A stretch of 64,000 nucleotides of DNA from a virus (taxonomy: Duplodnaviria > Caudoviricetes). A program made the position numbers and the translations under genes. The DNA is taken from IMG/VR virus record IMGVR_UViG_2904196114_000002. One strand, written 5' to 3'. The notes beneath the pieces were generated by a model that ran no database searches, was not told where the DNA came from, and saw only the letters and a program-made list of their open reading frames with translations. This document shows, in pieces, positions 10,851 to 21,900 of this stretch (positions are counted from its first letter, which is position 1; each line of letters begins with the position of its first letter).

Positions 10851-12566
10851 TTACATCAGCTCCTTTTGTATATTTTTCTTAGGAATATATTCATCTGGTA
10901 GGTTAATTCTTTTCTTCTGTTGCTGAATGAATAAATGTCTTTTAGAGTTTAATGTTCTCGTTGCATGTTCAGCTTTAGTTAAATAATCAGCTATAGTCCT
11001 TTTGTCATCTTCTTTTATTTTTTTATTACTTAAAGTTAATTCTAAAGTATCTAATTTTCCATTTTTTAAATTCTGGGTAAAAGATGTAAAATATACTAAT
11101 TCTTCTTCTTTAGATTCTTTGCTATGTAACACTATAATATCTCCCAGACTTAAATCTCCCTTCCAATGTTGTCTAAAATTAATATCTATAATTCTATCTA
11201 AGAAGTTTATAACATCCAGAGTCCATTCTCGTGTTGGAATACATTTCAAACTTAATTGCCTTTTACCTTCTGCTATTAAATCTTCAACTTTTAAAAAAGC
11301 ATCATTTGTATAAGTGTCATAGTAGAGGAACTCATTTAATTCATCTAATAGAACCTCATTAAATATTAAATATCCATCCTCATCAGTTGAAGTCTCCCTC
11401 TTACAAAGAATATTTATATCTTTTATACTTTCATTTAACTTAGCTATTTCTTCTTCTAAATGTTTTATTTGAACATCCAATATTACTTTTTTATCTTCTA
11501 GTTCACTTATCTCTACTGCTATTTTAGCTGAATTTACTTCATCTTTATGTTGTGGATTATCATATGTCTTTTTTATATCTTTTTTCTTACTTATCATTTC
11601 TATTACCATTTGCCATTCGTTGCTTTTACTATCACGTTCTCTTTGTTTCTTAAGCTTTGTATCTATTAATTCTCTCCAAATTGGCTCTCTTATTTCATTC
11701 ATTTCTTGATATTTCTTTATAGCTTTACTAAGTTCTTCACTCATTTCTTTATTGTCTAAGAAATAAGAATAATTCTCAATGTAATCATATCCTGTAACTG
11801 TAGCTCCTATTACATTCATATCTTCACTACCTTCAAGCTTCAGTCTAGTTACTATATCATCACTATTTGTAGTTCTTTCAAGTGATTTTATGTAGTTATC
11901 ATGAGATAAATATAACTGAATGTTATCTCCAAAACTGTCTATATGATACAAATTAACTAAATTATTATAAGTGTCAAAATCAGCTATACACTCAAATTGT
12001 TCTTTTAGTTCATTATTGAAATAATCTAACCAATTAGAATTAATACTCTCTTGCCATCTTACTTTTTCTCTCTTATTACCTTCACTATCAGTTTCATAAG
12101 CAATTGAATCATCCACATAACCAAGTTTCCAGCCTGTCTCTTGTTTTAAATAATCATTAAGAGATATAATAGATGCTTCTTCATCTTTGGTAAACATCTG
12201 TAATCCATAGTCCTCAATATTCACATCAATTTTTCCTAGTTTAACTTCTTTAGATTTAGCTGTTACTACTTTTAATTTATCGTCTGTAGTCACAACATTC
12301 TTAACTACAAAATATTCTTTATTATTAAGACAAATAAGACGTTCTTCTTTTACTTCTTCAAAAATGGGATTTATTATTTTATTAAATAAAAATCTATCTG
12401 TAATATATTTTGGAATGGTCAGTTGTATTTCATCTACTCCACCAAGCTCACGCTTTATAGAATTTAAAAAGTTGATTGGGATTTGACCTAAAAATGATTT
12501 GTTCATCTTGTGAATGGTTAATGTGTAATCAGATTTTATCTGTTTAAGATTCACATTAAAATGCAT
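10851..12566 (-). CDS. Tail-tip (Tal / prophage tail endopeptidase-like) protein
   Basis: YIKSLERTTNSDDIVTRL, GYDYIENYSYF and LSLGDIIVL motifs of SPbeta-like tail proteins; position in tail module. Confidence 0.7.
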   Translation of the reverse strand: MHFNVNLKQIKSDYTLTIHKMNKSFLGQIPINFLNSIKRELGGVDEIQLTIPKYITDRFLFNKIINPIFEEVKEERLICLNNKEYFVVKNVVTTDDKLKVVTAKSKEVKLGKIDVNIEDYGLQMFTKDEEASIISLNDYLKQETGWKLGYVDDSIAYETDSEGNKREKVRWQESINSNWLDYFNNELKEQFECIADFDTYNNLVNLYHIDSFGDNIQLYLSHDNYIKSLERTTNSDDIVTRLKLEGSEDMNVIGATVTGYDYIENYSYFLDNKEMSEELSKAIKKYQEMNEIREPIWRELIDTKLKKQRERDSKSNEWQMVIEMISKKKDIKKTYDNPQHKDEVNSAKIAVEISELEDKKVILDVQIKHLEEEIAKLNESIKDINILCKRETSTDEDGYLIFNEVLLDELNEFLYYDTYTNDAFLKVEDLIAEGKRQLSLKCIPTREWTLDVINFLDRIIDINFRQHWKGDLSLGDIIVLHSKESKEEELVYFTSFTQNLKNGKLDTLELTLSNKKIKEDDKRTIADYLTKAEHATRTLNSKRHLFIQQQKKRINLPDEYIPKKNIQKELM

Positions 12567-12593
12567 ATTTTATCACCTTCTTTGTATTAGAAA

Positions 12594-12615
12594 AGCCCAT
12601 CAATTAAGATGAGCT
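12594..12615. terminator. Hairpin terminator with CAATTAAG loop
   Basis: AGCCCAT-CAATTAAG-ATGAGCT flanked by A tracts. Confidence 0.6.
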
Positions 12616-12619
12616 AAAA

Positions 12620-12820
12620 TATTTTATTAATCTAAATATTGCAACAAGTTTAATAGCTTGTTACATATATGATAAAGCAAAAAACACTCAAACGCCAATA
12701 AGAGTGGTTTCAAAAGATAAATTGATTTTTTAATTAACTTTAAGGAAACAATCACTCTTTGTATTAAGTAGATTAAATTCCTTACTTTTATTATATCATA
12801 AATACGTTTTTTGTAAAACA
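12620..12820 (+). pseudogene. Degenerate type I toxin remnant with antisense promoter
   Basis: Startless, frameshifted NIATSLIACYIYDKAK / KHSNANKSGF resembles small C. difficile type I toxins (hydrophobic helix plus K(N/S)HS..KSG); minus-strand TG-N-TATAAT near 12790. Confidence 0.4.
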
Positions 12821-12897
12821 GATTCAATAAATAAAAAATCACTATTACTGATATCAATTAATACATGTTTTAAATAGGTATATTATAAATCATTTCA

Positions 12898-13053
12898 TTA
12901 TTCAAAATTCACTTCAATATCTTCAAGGTCTTTTTCATTAATATTTAGGTCTTTCAGAATTTCGTTTTGAGATATTAGTTCTTTTTCATCTATACCTTTC
13001 ATTCTTATTTCTGTCTCAATAAGAAGCTTACAATCTTCTATATTATTTATCAT
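12898..13053 (-). CDS. Small hypothetical protein (51 aa; start revised from 13098)
   Basis: RBS AAGGAGGT precedes ATG at 13053. Confidence 0.5.
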   Translation of the reverse strand: MINNIEDCKLLIETEIRMKGIDEKELISQNEILKDLNINEKDLEDIEVNFE

Positions 13054-13312
13054 TTGTAACACCTCCTTAAATAGATACCAGAGTATGAAAAAAGCCACTT
13101 GTTTAAGGTGGCATAGATAAGTAGTAATTCTTGTGTAAAATTTTTAAATTTTCTGTTACCTGTATTATATCTTTATTCTACTCCTGTCGTCAATATAATA
13201 TTAAATTTAACATTATGGAAAAATATGGTATAATATTTTTAGAGACTACAGTTTAGACTATTAGGGTGATGGCTCTTTAGTTAAAATCCCCAGTAAGAAA
13301 GGGGGTGAGACT

Positions 13313-13474
13313 ATGGAGTACTTAGTTTTGTTTTTAATAATGATAATTATGATTACAAGAATAATCAATCATTTGACAAAGCTAATAGATGCAATCTTAA
13401 ACTTGAAAGCATCTATTAGGAAACTAAAGAATCACCAGACTGGCGGGTCTAGTGATTCTGAAAGTAATACATAA
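13313..13474 (+). CDS. Type I toxin-like membrane peptide 1 (53 aa; missing from ORF track)
   Basis: MEYLVLFLIMIIMITRIINHLTKLIDAILNLKASIRKLKNHQTGGSSDSESNT; RBS GGGGGTGA can be sequestered by upstream CCCC; sigma-A-type promoter upstream. Confidence 0.75.
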   Translation: MEYLVLFLIMIIMITRIINHLTKLIDAILNLKASIRKLKNHQTGGSSDSESNT

Positions 13475-13575
13475 ATCTATTCTTTTTATTGTTAACTTTA
13501 AGAACTACACCCTACAGCAAATAGTTTGTAGTCTCTTTTTTATGTCCCTATGATATAAATTTATATCATTTATAT
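13425..13575 (-). ncRNA. Antisense antitoxin RNA 1 (boundaries approximate)
   Basis: Minus-strand TTGACT-N18-TATAAT (~13580-13609); hairpin GAATCAC...GTGATTC followed by TTT inside the 3' end of the toxin ORF. Confidence 0.6.
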
Positions 13576-13833
13576 TACTATTATACTCCAATATTATCAA
13601 AATAGTCAATGTTGTCATTATCTTCATTGAAAAATAAAAAAGCTATATTATTAATAGAATAACTTCTTAGAACACAATATTCTTTTACAATTGTAGACAA
13701 TATAATATTAAATTTAACATATTGGTAATTTATGGTATAATATTTTTAGAGACTACATAAAAAAACTATTAGGGTGAATCTTCATTTACATAAGCCTTCC
13801 ATGTCATATCAAGATGGGAGGTGATATGATATT

Positions 13834-14013
13834 ATGAAATATTTAATTTGTTTGCTAACGATAATAACATTTCTTACAACTATAATAATCAGTTTGATTA
13901 AGTTGGTTCAGAATTTGAATAGACTTTTTAAAGAAATAGATGAGTTTAAGAAAACGTTGCAAAAAATTAAGAATCACCTGAACTGCCATTCGGGTGATTC
14001 TTCCTCTAATTAA
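13834..14013 (+). CDS. Type I toxin-like membrane peptide 2 (59 aa; missing from ORF track)
   Basis: MKYLICLLTIITFLTTIIISLIKLVQNLNRLFKEIDEFKKTLQKIKNHLNCHSGDSSSN; RBS GGGAGG can pair with upstream CTTCC; same promoter as module 1. Confidence 0.75.
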   Translation: MKYLICLLTIITFLTTIIISLIKLVQNLNRLFKEIDEFKKTLQKIKNHLNCHSGDSSSN

Positions 14014-14085
14014 CACTTCGCTTATTTATGAAGAGACACCCTAGCACAAATAGTTGTAGTCTCTTTTTTTATGTCTTTATTATAT
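13965..14085 (-). ncRNA. Antisense antitoxin RNA 2 (boundaries approximate)
   Basis: Minus-strand TTGACT-N18-TATAAT (~14090-14119); hairpin GAATCACC...GGTGATTC at the toxin 3' end. Confidence 0.6.
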
Positions 14086-14204
14086 TACTATTATACCCTA
14101 ATATGGTCACAATAGTCAATATTGTCATAGTTGACAATACAGAGAAATAAAAAGCATTCTAATTATAGAATCTTTTTTCATTGATATTTATACTATATCC
14201 ACTA

Positions 14205-15218
14205 TTAACTTTGAATCTTTTTAAATAAATCAGAACTATAGTCATTTATATCAGATATATTTATTATACTATACTTAGATTTTATATTATTAAAGTATTC
14301 ATCAATAACTTCTTTTTCTATAACATTACTAGAAGATTCATATTTTCCTAATCCTTGTCTATTAATGACCCAAGGTTTTTCCTCATGTGTCATTCTTTCT
14401 AACATTTTTCCACTATAGCATCCAAAGTATTTAATCACGGCATCAACAATCTTTTCTTCCATATCATTATCCAATGAAATTATATTGTTTTCATACTCTA
14501 TTTGGTTTCTTCCAAAATCTCTATATTTCTCATATACATTTCTGTATACCGGCCCGTGAACCCATGCTTCACAATCATCATCAAATAAATTATTATTAGT
14601 AAATAATCTAGTAAATGCTTGTGAATAGTATAATAGTTTTTGTAAAGCTAGAGGTGTTATCTCTTCACATTTTGATATTATATATTCGGCAACAACACCT
14701 ATCTTATCATTTTTAAAAAAAGTGTTTTTTTCTTCTATTTCTAGAATAGCTTCTCTACATTTTTTATATGCAATATCTTTTATATTATTTTTATTTTCCT
14801 CCAATATCTTTTTCATTTCATTTGTATCATCAAGTATTAATCTCAATTTATCGGAATATGGTTTTGTTGGAATATCTCCTTTTAAATATCTTGTTATAGT
14901 CCCCTCTCCCCATCCTAATAATGAGGAAAGAGGTTTTTTACCTATGTTATATTTTTCTAATAAAAGTTCAATTTCATCTACAGTTATAATGTTATCCATT
15001 TCTCTAATTTTAGTATATAATGATTTTAAGTTTTCATCATTAAGCTCATGAATATATACATAGTTTCCACATTCTTCACAAAACGCTTCTTTCTTCATGT
15101 ATTTTATTTCTTTGCCTCTAACAGTATCAATTTCTTCTTTAATTTTAATTGTATAGTTTACATCATCTAGACAAAATTCACAAAATACTTTATTATTATC
15201 AGTTCTCATATTTTTCAT
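14205..15218 (-). CDS. Antitoxin: MqsA-type Zn finger + HTH + Panacea (DUF4065/SocA-like) domain
   Basis: CEFC...CEEC zinc ligands; LSSLLGWGEGTITRYLKG HTH; TPLALQKLLYY...EAWVHGPVY...THEEKPW Panacea signature. Confidence 0.85.
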   Translation of the reverse strand: MKNMRTDNNKVFCEFCLDDVNYTIKIKEEIDTVRGKEIKYMKKEAFCEECGNYVYIHELNDENLKSLYTKIREMDNIITVDEIELLLEKYNIGKKPLSSLLGWGEGTITRYLKGDIPTKPYSDKLRLILDDTNEMKKILEENKNNIKDIAYKKCREAILEIEEKNTFFKNDKIGVVAEYIISKCEEITPLALQKLLYYSQAFTRLFTNNNLFDDDCEAWVHGPVYRNVYEKYRDFGRNQIEYENNIISLDNDMEEKIVDAVIKYFGCYSGKMLERMTHEEKPWVINRQGLGKYESSSNVIEKEVIDEYFNNIKSKYSIINISDINDYSSDLFKKIQS

Positions 15219-15322
15219 GGTTTCCCCTCCAAGTTTTCCTTCTTATTTAATTTGCATAAAAAAGATATATTTTTTATGTATCTCATATGCTAAAATAATG
15301 TGAATTTTTTTTATTTAATAGG

Positions 15323-15718
15323 CTACATATAGTATTTAATTGAATACTTTGCAGGATGAAAAGATATTATTATCGTGAAATCTTCTTTTGTTCTTTTCTT
15401 TTCTGCAATGTAAAATTTTATGTATAACTCCACTTCTTCTCTTAATCCATCTATATTTGTCAATTCATATTTTTTTCCAAAGAAATACAATATTCTACCT
15501 TCGTGATTTCTATGTTCTTCTGATTTTGAAAAATCTTCTTTTGTTAAACAATTTAACATTTCTATTTGTTTGTTTTTATCTAGATTATATTTCTTTAAAA
15601 AATCATTATTATCCTGTCTATTTTCACTTTGAGATATAATAAAATTTTCACTTTCTATACATGCCTTAAACTTTTTTAGAATTATTTCTATGTCTTCTAG
15701 TATCGCTGATACAGCCAA
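15323..15718 (-). CDS. Putative MqsR-like toxin (RNase)
   Basis: 131 aa directly upstream of the MqsA-like antitoxin; C-terminal ELYIKF...IISFH motif. Confidence 0.65.
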   Translation of the reverse strand: MAVSAILEDIEIILKKFKACIESENFIISQSENRQDNNDFLKKYNLDKNKQIEMLNCLTKEDFSKSEEHRNHEGRILYFFGKKYELTNIDGLREEVELYIKFYIAEKKRTKEDFTIIISFHPAKYSIKYYM

Positions 15719-15932
15719 GCAGACACACTCCCTTCAAAGAAATATGAAAATACAATTTTGTATCTTCTATATATTATAGAATAACACTTTTTTTAGAATA
15801 ATTCAATACAAAACAATAAAAAAAGTATTAATTGATACTAAAAACATTTTTATTTTAATATTTTTTCAGAAATGATACTTTTTCGTAGATTCAATTAATC
15901 AAAATTTATTTCCATTAATTTTACTCTTTTTA

Positions 15933-18900
15933 TTATGATTTAATATTTTCTACTATTTTTCTATATACTCTATTTTCTAAATCTCTACCAAACTTCTCTA
16001 AATCTTTCATAGTATCCTTAGTTACATTTCCTTGAACAACAAAGAATGGTGAATTAAAGTTGACTGATGATGTTGAGGATACACTTCTTGAACGAGAATT
16101 TGAAGAAGGATTATAATTAGGCATAGCAAATTTACTTAAATCTAATTCATCTAATATGTCGTTAATATCTTCTAATGTCTCTTTACCTTCTTTTAGCTTA
16201 TCGAGCCATTCCTGCTTAGTGACAGAACCCATTGCCAACATACCATTTTCATATTTATTTATGTATTCAATAATAGCATCTTGAAGTTTCTTAACTTCTC
16301 CATCAAGACCTACAAACTTACCGCTTGAAATTGCTTCATTAATTAAATCAACTAAATTTTCATCTGAGTATTTTTTCTCTAACTCTTCTTTTAATTTATC
16401 TGCTTCTTCTTGTAGTCTGTCAGACTCCTTATCATACATATCATTGACTTGGTCGTCCACATGGTCTTGTACTAAATCCTGTAATTTCTTCTGTTCTTCT
16501 TTTAATTGTTTTTGTAAATCTTTAAGTTTCTTCTGACCACTTAAAGAACTATCTCTTTCAGCTATTGCTATTTGTTTCTCTAAATCACTTATTACATCTT
16601 GTTGTTCTTCATAATCATCTTTATATTTGGCTTCTTTTCTTGAATCATTGTAAGCATCTTGTTGCTTTTTAAGAGAATCAATTTTAGCTTTAGTTTCTTT
16701 ATCTATTTCTTTAAGTCTCTCTTCAAGCTCTTTTTTATACATGTCTCTAATTTTTTCTTGTAGGCTTTGAGCTTCTTTAAGCTGGTCTTTATAAGCATCT
16801 TGAATCTCTTTATTTAAATCTTCTATTTCTTCTTTATTTTGTTGAATTTGTTTATTAGCATCAGGTAAATCTTTAAGAAGTAAATCTAAATATTTCTTAG
16901 CATTTTCTGCTATTTCTTTGTATTTATCTGCATCTTTATTATTTTTTAGAAACGCTAATTGTTGCTCATAATTTGTTATGCTTTTACCATCAGCAGAAAA
17001 TTCAAATCCTTCTTTTGATAACCCTTCTCTTAACTCTTTTGCAGTATCTTCATAGACTTTAATAACATCTTTAATTTCCTTAGCTTGTTTGGCCAATAAC
17101 TCTTTCTTCTTTTCAATTAAGTCTAACTTTTCATCACCTTCAGCATTTTTCATAAGAATGTCTATTAAGTCTATTTCGTTTTGTATTTCAGTAACATGTT
17201 TTTGAGCTGAAGTTAAAGCAGCTTCCCTAGCAATCTCTTTTAATTCTTTTTTAAATTCCTCTGCTGCTCTAGTTGATTCTATAAGAGAATTTGTTACTTC
17301 TTGTTGAGCATCTGCAACTTTCGGTATCTCAGTAAAAGCAATCTTTAAATATTCTTCAACAACCTTTTTTTCTTCTTCTATTTTCTTCTTACGTTCTTCA
17401 CTCTTTTTACTACCTTTGTCGCTCTCTGATTGCTTATCTAATTTCTCTAATTCTTTTTCTAATGATATTAATTTTTCTTCATAACTAGTTAAGTTATCAT
17501 CATCTGAAAAAGTGTACTTATAATCTTTTTTAAGTCTATCTTTTAGTCTATTCTTTTGAGTATTAAGTGCCTTATCTTTTTGGTCTAACAATGTTAGTTC
17601 TTCTTTATATAAAGCGTTTTGTTCTTCAAGATATTTAAGTTTATCTTTTCCACTTGCATATTTCATTTTCTTATCTAAAAGAGATATTCTATCTGCAACT
17701 TTAGATATCGCATTTTCTAATTCTTTTAGTAACTCAATGCTATATTTTACTGCTGCATCAATAGATTTTGTATCTAATGCTATTTTAGGAGTTTTAGTTA
17801 TACGAGAGAATTTCTCCGTAAGAGTTTTGACTGGAGATGTGGCTCTTGATGCTGCTCTTGAGAATAGAGATGGTTTTGTTACAGGAGTTTCGTCACTTAT
17901 TGGTGCTGGTTCTGACGTTCTAGGTTGGGCTGATAGATTAGCTGGAATTGCTTGTGGAGTTTCTATAGAATTTATGGATTGCACACTTTTTCTATTACTC
18001 TTTAATCCACCTAATATATTATTTGCAAATTGAGAAGCAATTCCTCCTAGAGTCCCTACTGTACGAAGATGTGCTGTTATTGTAAAACTCTTATCACTTA
18101 GTTTTTTATTTTCAGTTTGACGAATTGTTTCTAAAGCAGCAGAATTATTCGCTTTAAGTTTAGCCCACTTGTCTTTTATTGTTTTTTTATCAACACTATC
18201 TATGCCCTCAATAGCTCCTTCAATAGCTGCAATTACCTCAACTTGTTTTTCAGGAGGTAATTTTTCTATTTCAGCAATTAATGAATTAATATCTCCATTA
18301 GTTAGTGATTTTATTATATTTATTTTTACGTCTTTGTCTAGGTCTAAAGCATTTAAATTCTCAACTTCATCTAATGCATCTGGATTATTTACTATAAGAT
18401 TAGCTATAATGTCTTTGCTTTCAGGGAAATCATTATAAAGTTGTTCTATTAAATATAACTTATCTTCATTATTTAACATAAAATTAAGAACTTGATTTTT
18501 TTGTTCATCTGGTGTTGATTCATATAGTTTTGTAGCTCTCTCAAGTTCATCTGCATTTTCTACAGCAAAGCTAACAACCTTACTTTTTGTTTCTTCTGGA
18601 ACATTATCATATAGTTTTTGAAATGCTTCAGCCTTTTCTGGATTTTTAATTATAACTTCAGCAAATACTTTTTTATCTTTTTTGTCTTCTAATCCATCAT
18701 ATATAGATTTCATTTTATCAAAATCATCTAAACCATTTAAATTTATGCTATAATCCATAGCTATAGTTGGATTATCCATAAGCCATTTTTGTACGGCTTC
18801 ATAATCCTTTAGATTTTTCAAACTATCAACATTATCAGTTATAAATTTATTAGTAAAAGTTGAATTTGTTGGAAGATTTTTTACTATATCAGCAAAAATT

Positions 18901-21900
18901 TTAACTTGTTCAGTCTCAATACCTGATGATTCTAATTTTAATTTTACATCATTTCTTCCTTCAAGTTGTTTAAATGAATTTAAAGTATTTCTAAGCTCTT
19001 CATTTTTCTTTAACTTAAGTTCAATTTGTTTTGTTGGAGGTGTATTTAATATATCATCTACAAGCTTTTCTGCTTCTTTATCCCTTGAAAATGCAACACT
19101 TTTAGGATTCGGTTTGTCTTTTAAAACCTTTTTAGTAGATTCTTTAGCTTCTTTAACAGGGTCTTTCTTATTTTTATCACCATTTATTTCTTTTAATTTT
19201 TTTTGAATCCATTCAATAGCATCTGATGCTAAGTCTTTAACCTCTATAGTAAAAATTTTATTTGCTATTTCAGAAGAACTAATAGTCTCAATATCATCTT
19301 TAGCTTTTTCTATTTCGGCAATTATTTCTACTCGTTTATCTGGTGGTAAACTTTCAATAGCTTTGCCTAAAGCATCTATATCTCCATCAGATAAGGCTTT
19401 GTATATATTTATTCTTACATCCTTATCTAAAGGAATTTTATCCAATGATGTTATTAAATCCTGAACCCCTAATTTACCATCATTTTGCTTCAAATATATT
19501 TCTGTAATTTTCTCATCAGGTATATGTTCTAAGGCATCTTTTAAATTAACAGAATTATACAAAGCCTCTCCCGCTTCTGCTATAAAATATGTTTTAAGTT
19601 CCGCAGGTACTTTCTTATATATCTCTGATACTTCAACAGCTTTTTCTAGTCCAACTCCATCAGCTTCTAATTTAGTTTTGAGTTCAGAAGGTACTTCGGC
19701 ATACTTAGATGTTAAATCTAATATTTTTCTACCGCCTTCGTCTGCTCCTTCTTCTTTTATGATAGTTTTTACTTCTTTTGGAAATTTATCATAAATTCTT
19801 TTTACTGAATCAGCTTCTTCTAATGTTGCAGTTGGATTAGCTTTTATGACTGTGATTACTTCTTCTGGAAGCTCTTCATATCTTTGCTTTAAGTTACTTA
19901 TTATTTGTTCTGCATTAGCTTGACCTGAATCATCACTCAAAAGTATTTCTGGAGTTATAGTAAATTTACCTTTACCAAATTTACTGTCTAAATCATTTTG
20001 AAGTTTATTTATATCTGGGTCGCCAGTCTGTAACTCCATTAACACATCCATAGTGAATTTCAATACATCAGTAGTACTTGCTCCTGTCCCTAATAGAGCA
20101 TCTATCATGCCCTTGACTTGACTAGGAACTTCCTTAGTATTCTTAATATCAGTTAATATATTTGCGTCAACTTTTACATCTCCAGTTATTGTAGTTGTAT
20201 CTAATATATTCTGAATACTATCAAATTGATTTTGGAGTTGCATTGCAAGTTTATCACCATTTGCTAAATCTAGTTTTGTTTTACCAAACTTAGCTAATAA
20301 TGTATTTATAGATGTCATATCTTTAATTCCATTTGGATTTACTTGCCCAAATAAATTTTCCCATATATTAGCATCTGTGTTAGTTGCTTTAGCTATACTC
20401 TTAGCTGTTTTATCTATTGTTTGATTATATTTTTCTATATCTTGTGTTCTAGCAAATTCTTCATTTGCATCCTTAAGAGTTTTAGATAAATCTCCTACAT
20501 CAACTTTCCCACTTCTAACAGCAGTAAGCAATTTGTTGACTGCCTGTTCTGTGTCTACTAGAGTATCTGGTGTAACTTCACTAAAATCAAATAAACTTTC
20601 AAGTCCAGCAAAACTAGACTTATCATTGCCTTCTAATCCACTATAAAGAGTTTTATTCTTAATGTTAGAAAATATTCCATCTCCTATTTCTTTTGAATAC
20701 CCTTGAATTTTATCTACTTGATTTCTATACATTTCATCATATTTGAAATATATTTTTTCTTCTTCTGCTTTAGCTGACATTAATTCATTTCTGGCTTTAT
20801 CTCTTGCTCTACCAGTTGAATTATTATATTTCTCGATTGCTTTTTCTTGTCTTTTTTTATTCTTTTCAACTTCTGCTGTATAATCTTCTTCTATTTTTAC
20901 AAGCTTACCAGTTTCGCTTTCTCTCATTCTTTCTTCTAAAGTTTTATTTACATCTTTACTTGGAGAATTTAATTTTTTAGCAGCAGTTTTCGCATTATCA
21001 TGTTTATCATAGGACATCAATCTTTCTTTTGCATTAATAGCTCTATCTATTTCAGCAATTAAATCAGTAACCTGACCTTTTAAAATAGGTATACCATTTT
21101 CATCTGTTCCTATAACTGCATCTGGTTTTATTTTTGCAATCTGTTGTTTTAGTTCATTTAATCTATTATTATCTTCTTTAGACTTATTTTCTTTTTTAGA
21201 TAAATTATCATATTCTTCTGCAAGTGCTTGTAATTGAACTTTTTGGCTTTCATATGAATTAATTTGTTGTTTTGAAGCTTGAATATTTTTCTTTCTAGCT
21301 TGATAAGCATTTTCTTCTCTATTTGCATAATTCTCCATAGCTTGTGCTAATAGACTTACACCTGCAAATGCAGCAGTTAAAACTAAAGAATTTCCAACTG
21401 TAGTTGCTATACCTTTACCAAAATTTACAATGCTACTCCCTGCAAATGCCTTACCAATATTACCAAGCCCATCACTTATTGTATCTTTTCTACTTTTAGA
21501 AACAACTTTTAATTTTTGATTATATTTTTCATATGACTTTGTTCTGTCTTCATTTATTTTTATTTCTTTAGCTGTTGCCTTTTTTAAACTGTTGGTTGTT
21601 GATGTATATTTTCCTACAATGCCATTTTGACTATTTATAGTTCTATTAACAACTTGATTTGATTTAGCATTGTTTTTTGAAGCATTAGTATTTTTATTTA
21701 TAGCACTTGTATATTGATTAGTAAATTTTGTAGCTCTTTCAAAGTCTTTAAATTTAACAGATTTTCTATTGTTTTGAAAGGCACTAAATATACTTCCTCC
21801 TAAATTCGTGATTGGTTTACCAGTACCTAATGCTTTAATTGTCATAAATAAAGACGATAAACCTGCTAGGGCTACAGGAAGCGAAACATGCATTTTGTCA

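Noticed and set aside
12627-12857. 76-aa minus-strand ORF from the track
   Set aside because: No convincing RBS; overlaps the antisense of the toxin remnant; probably spurious.
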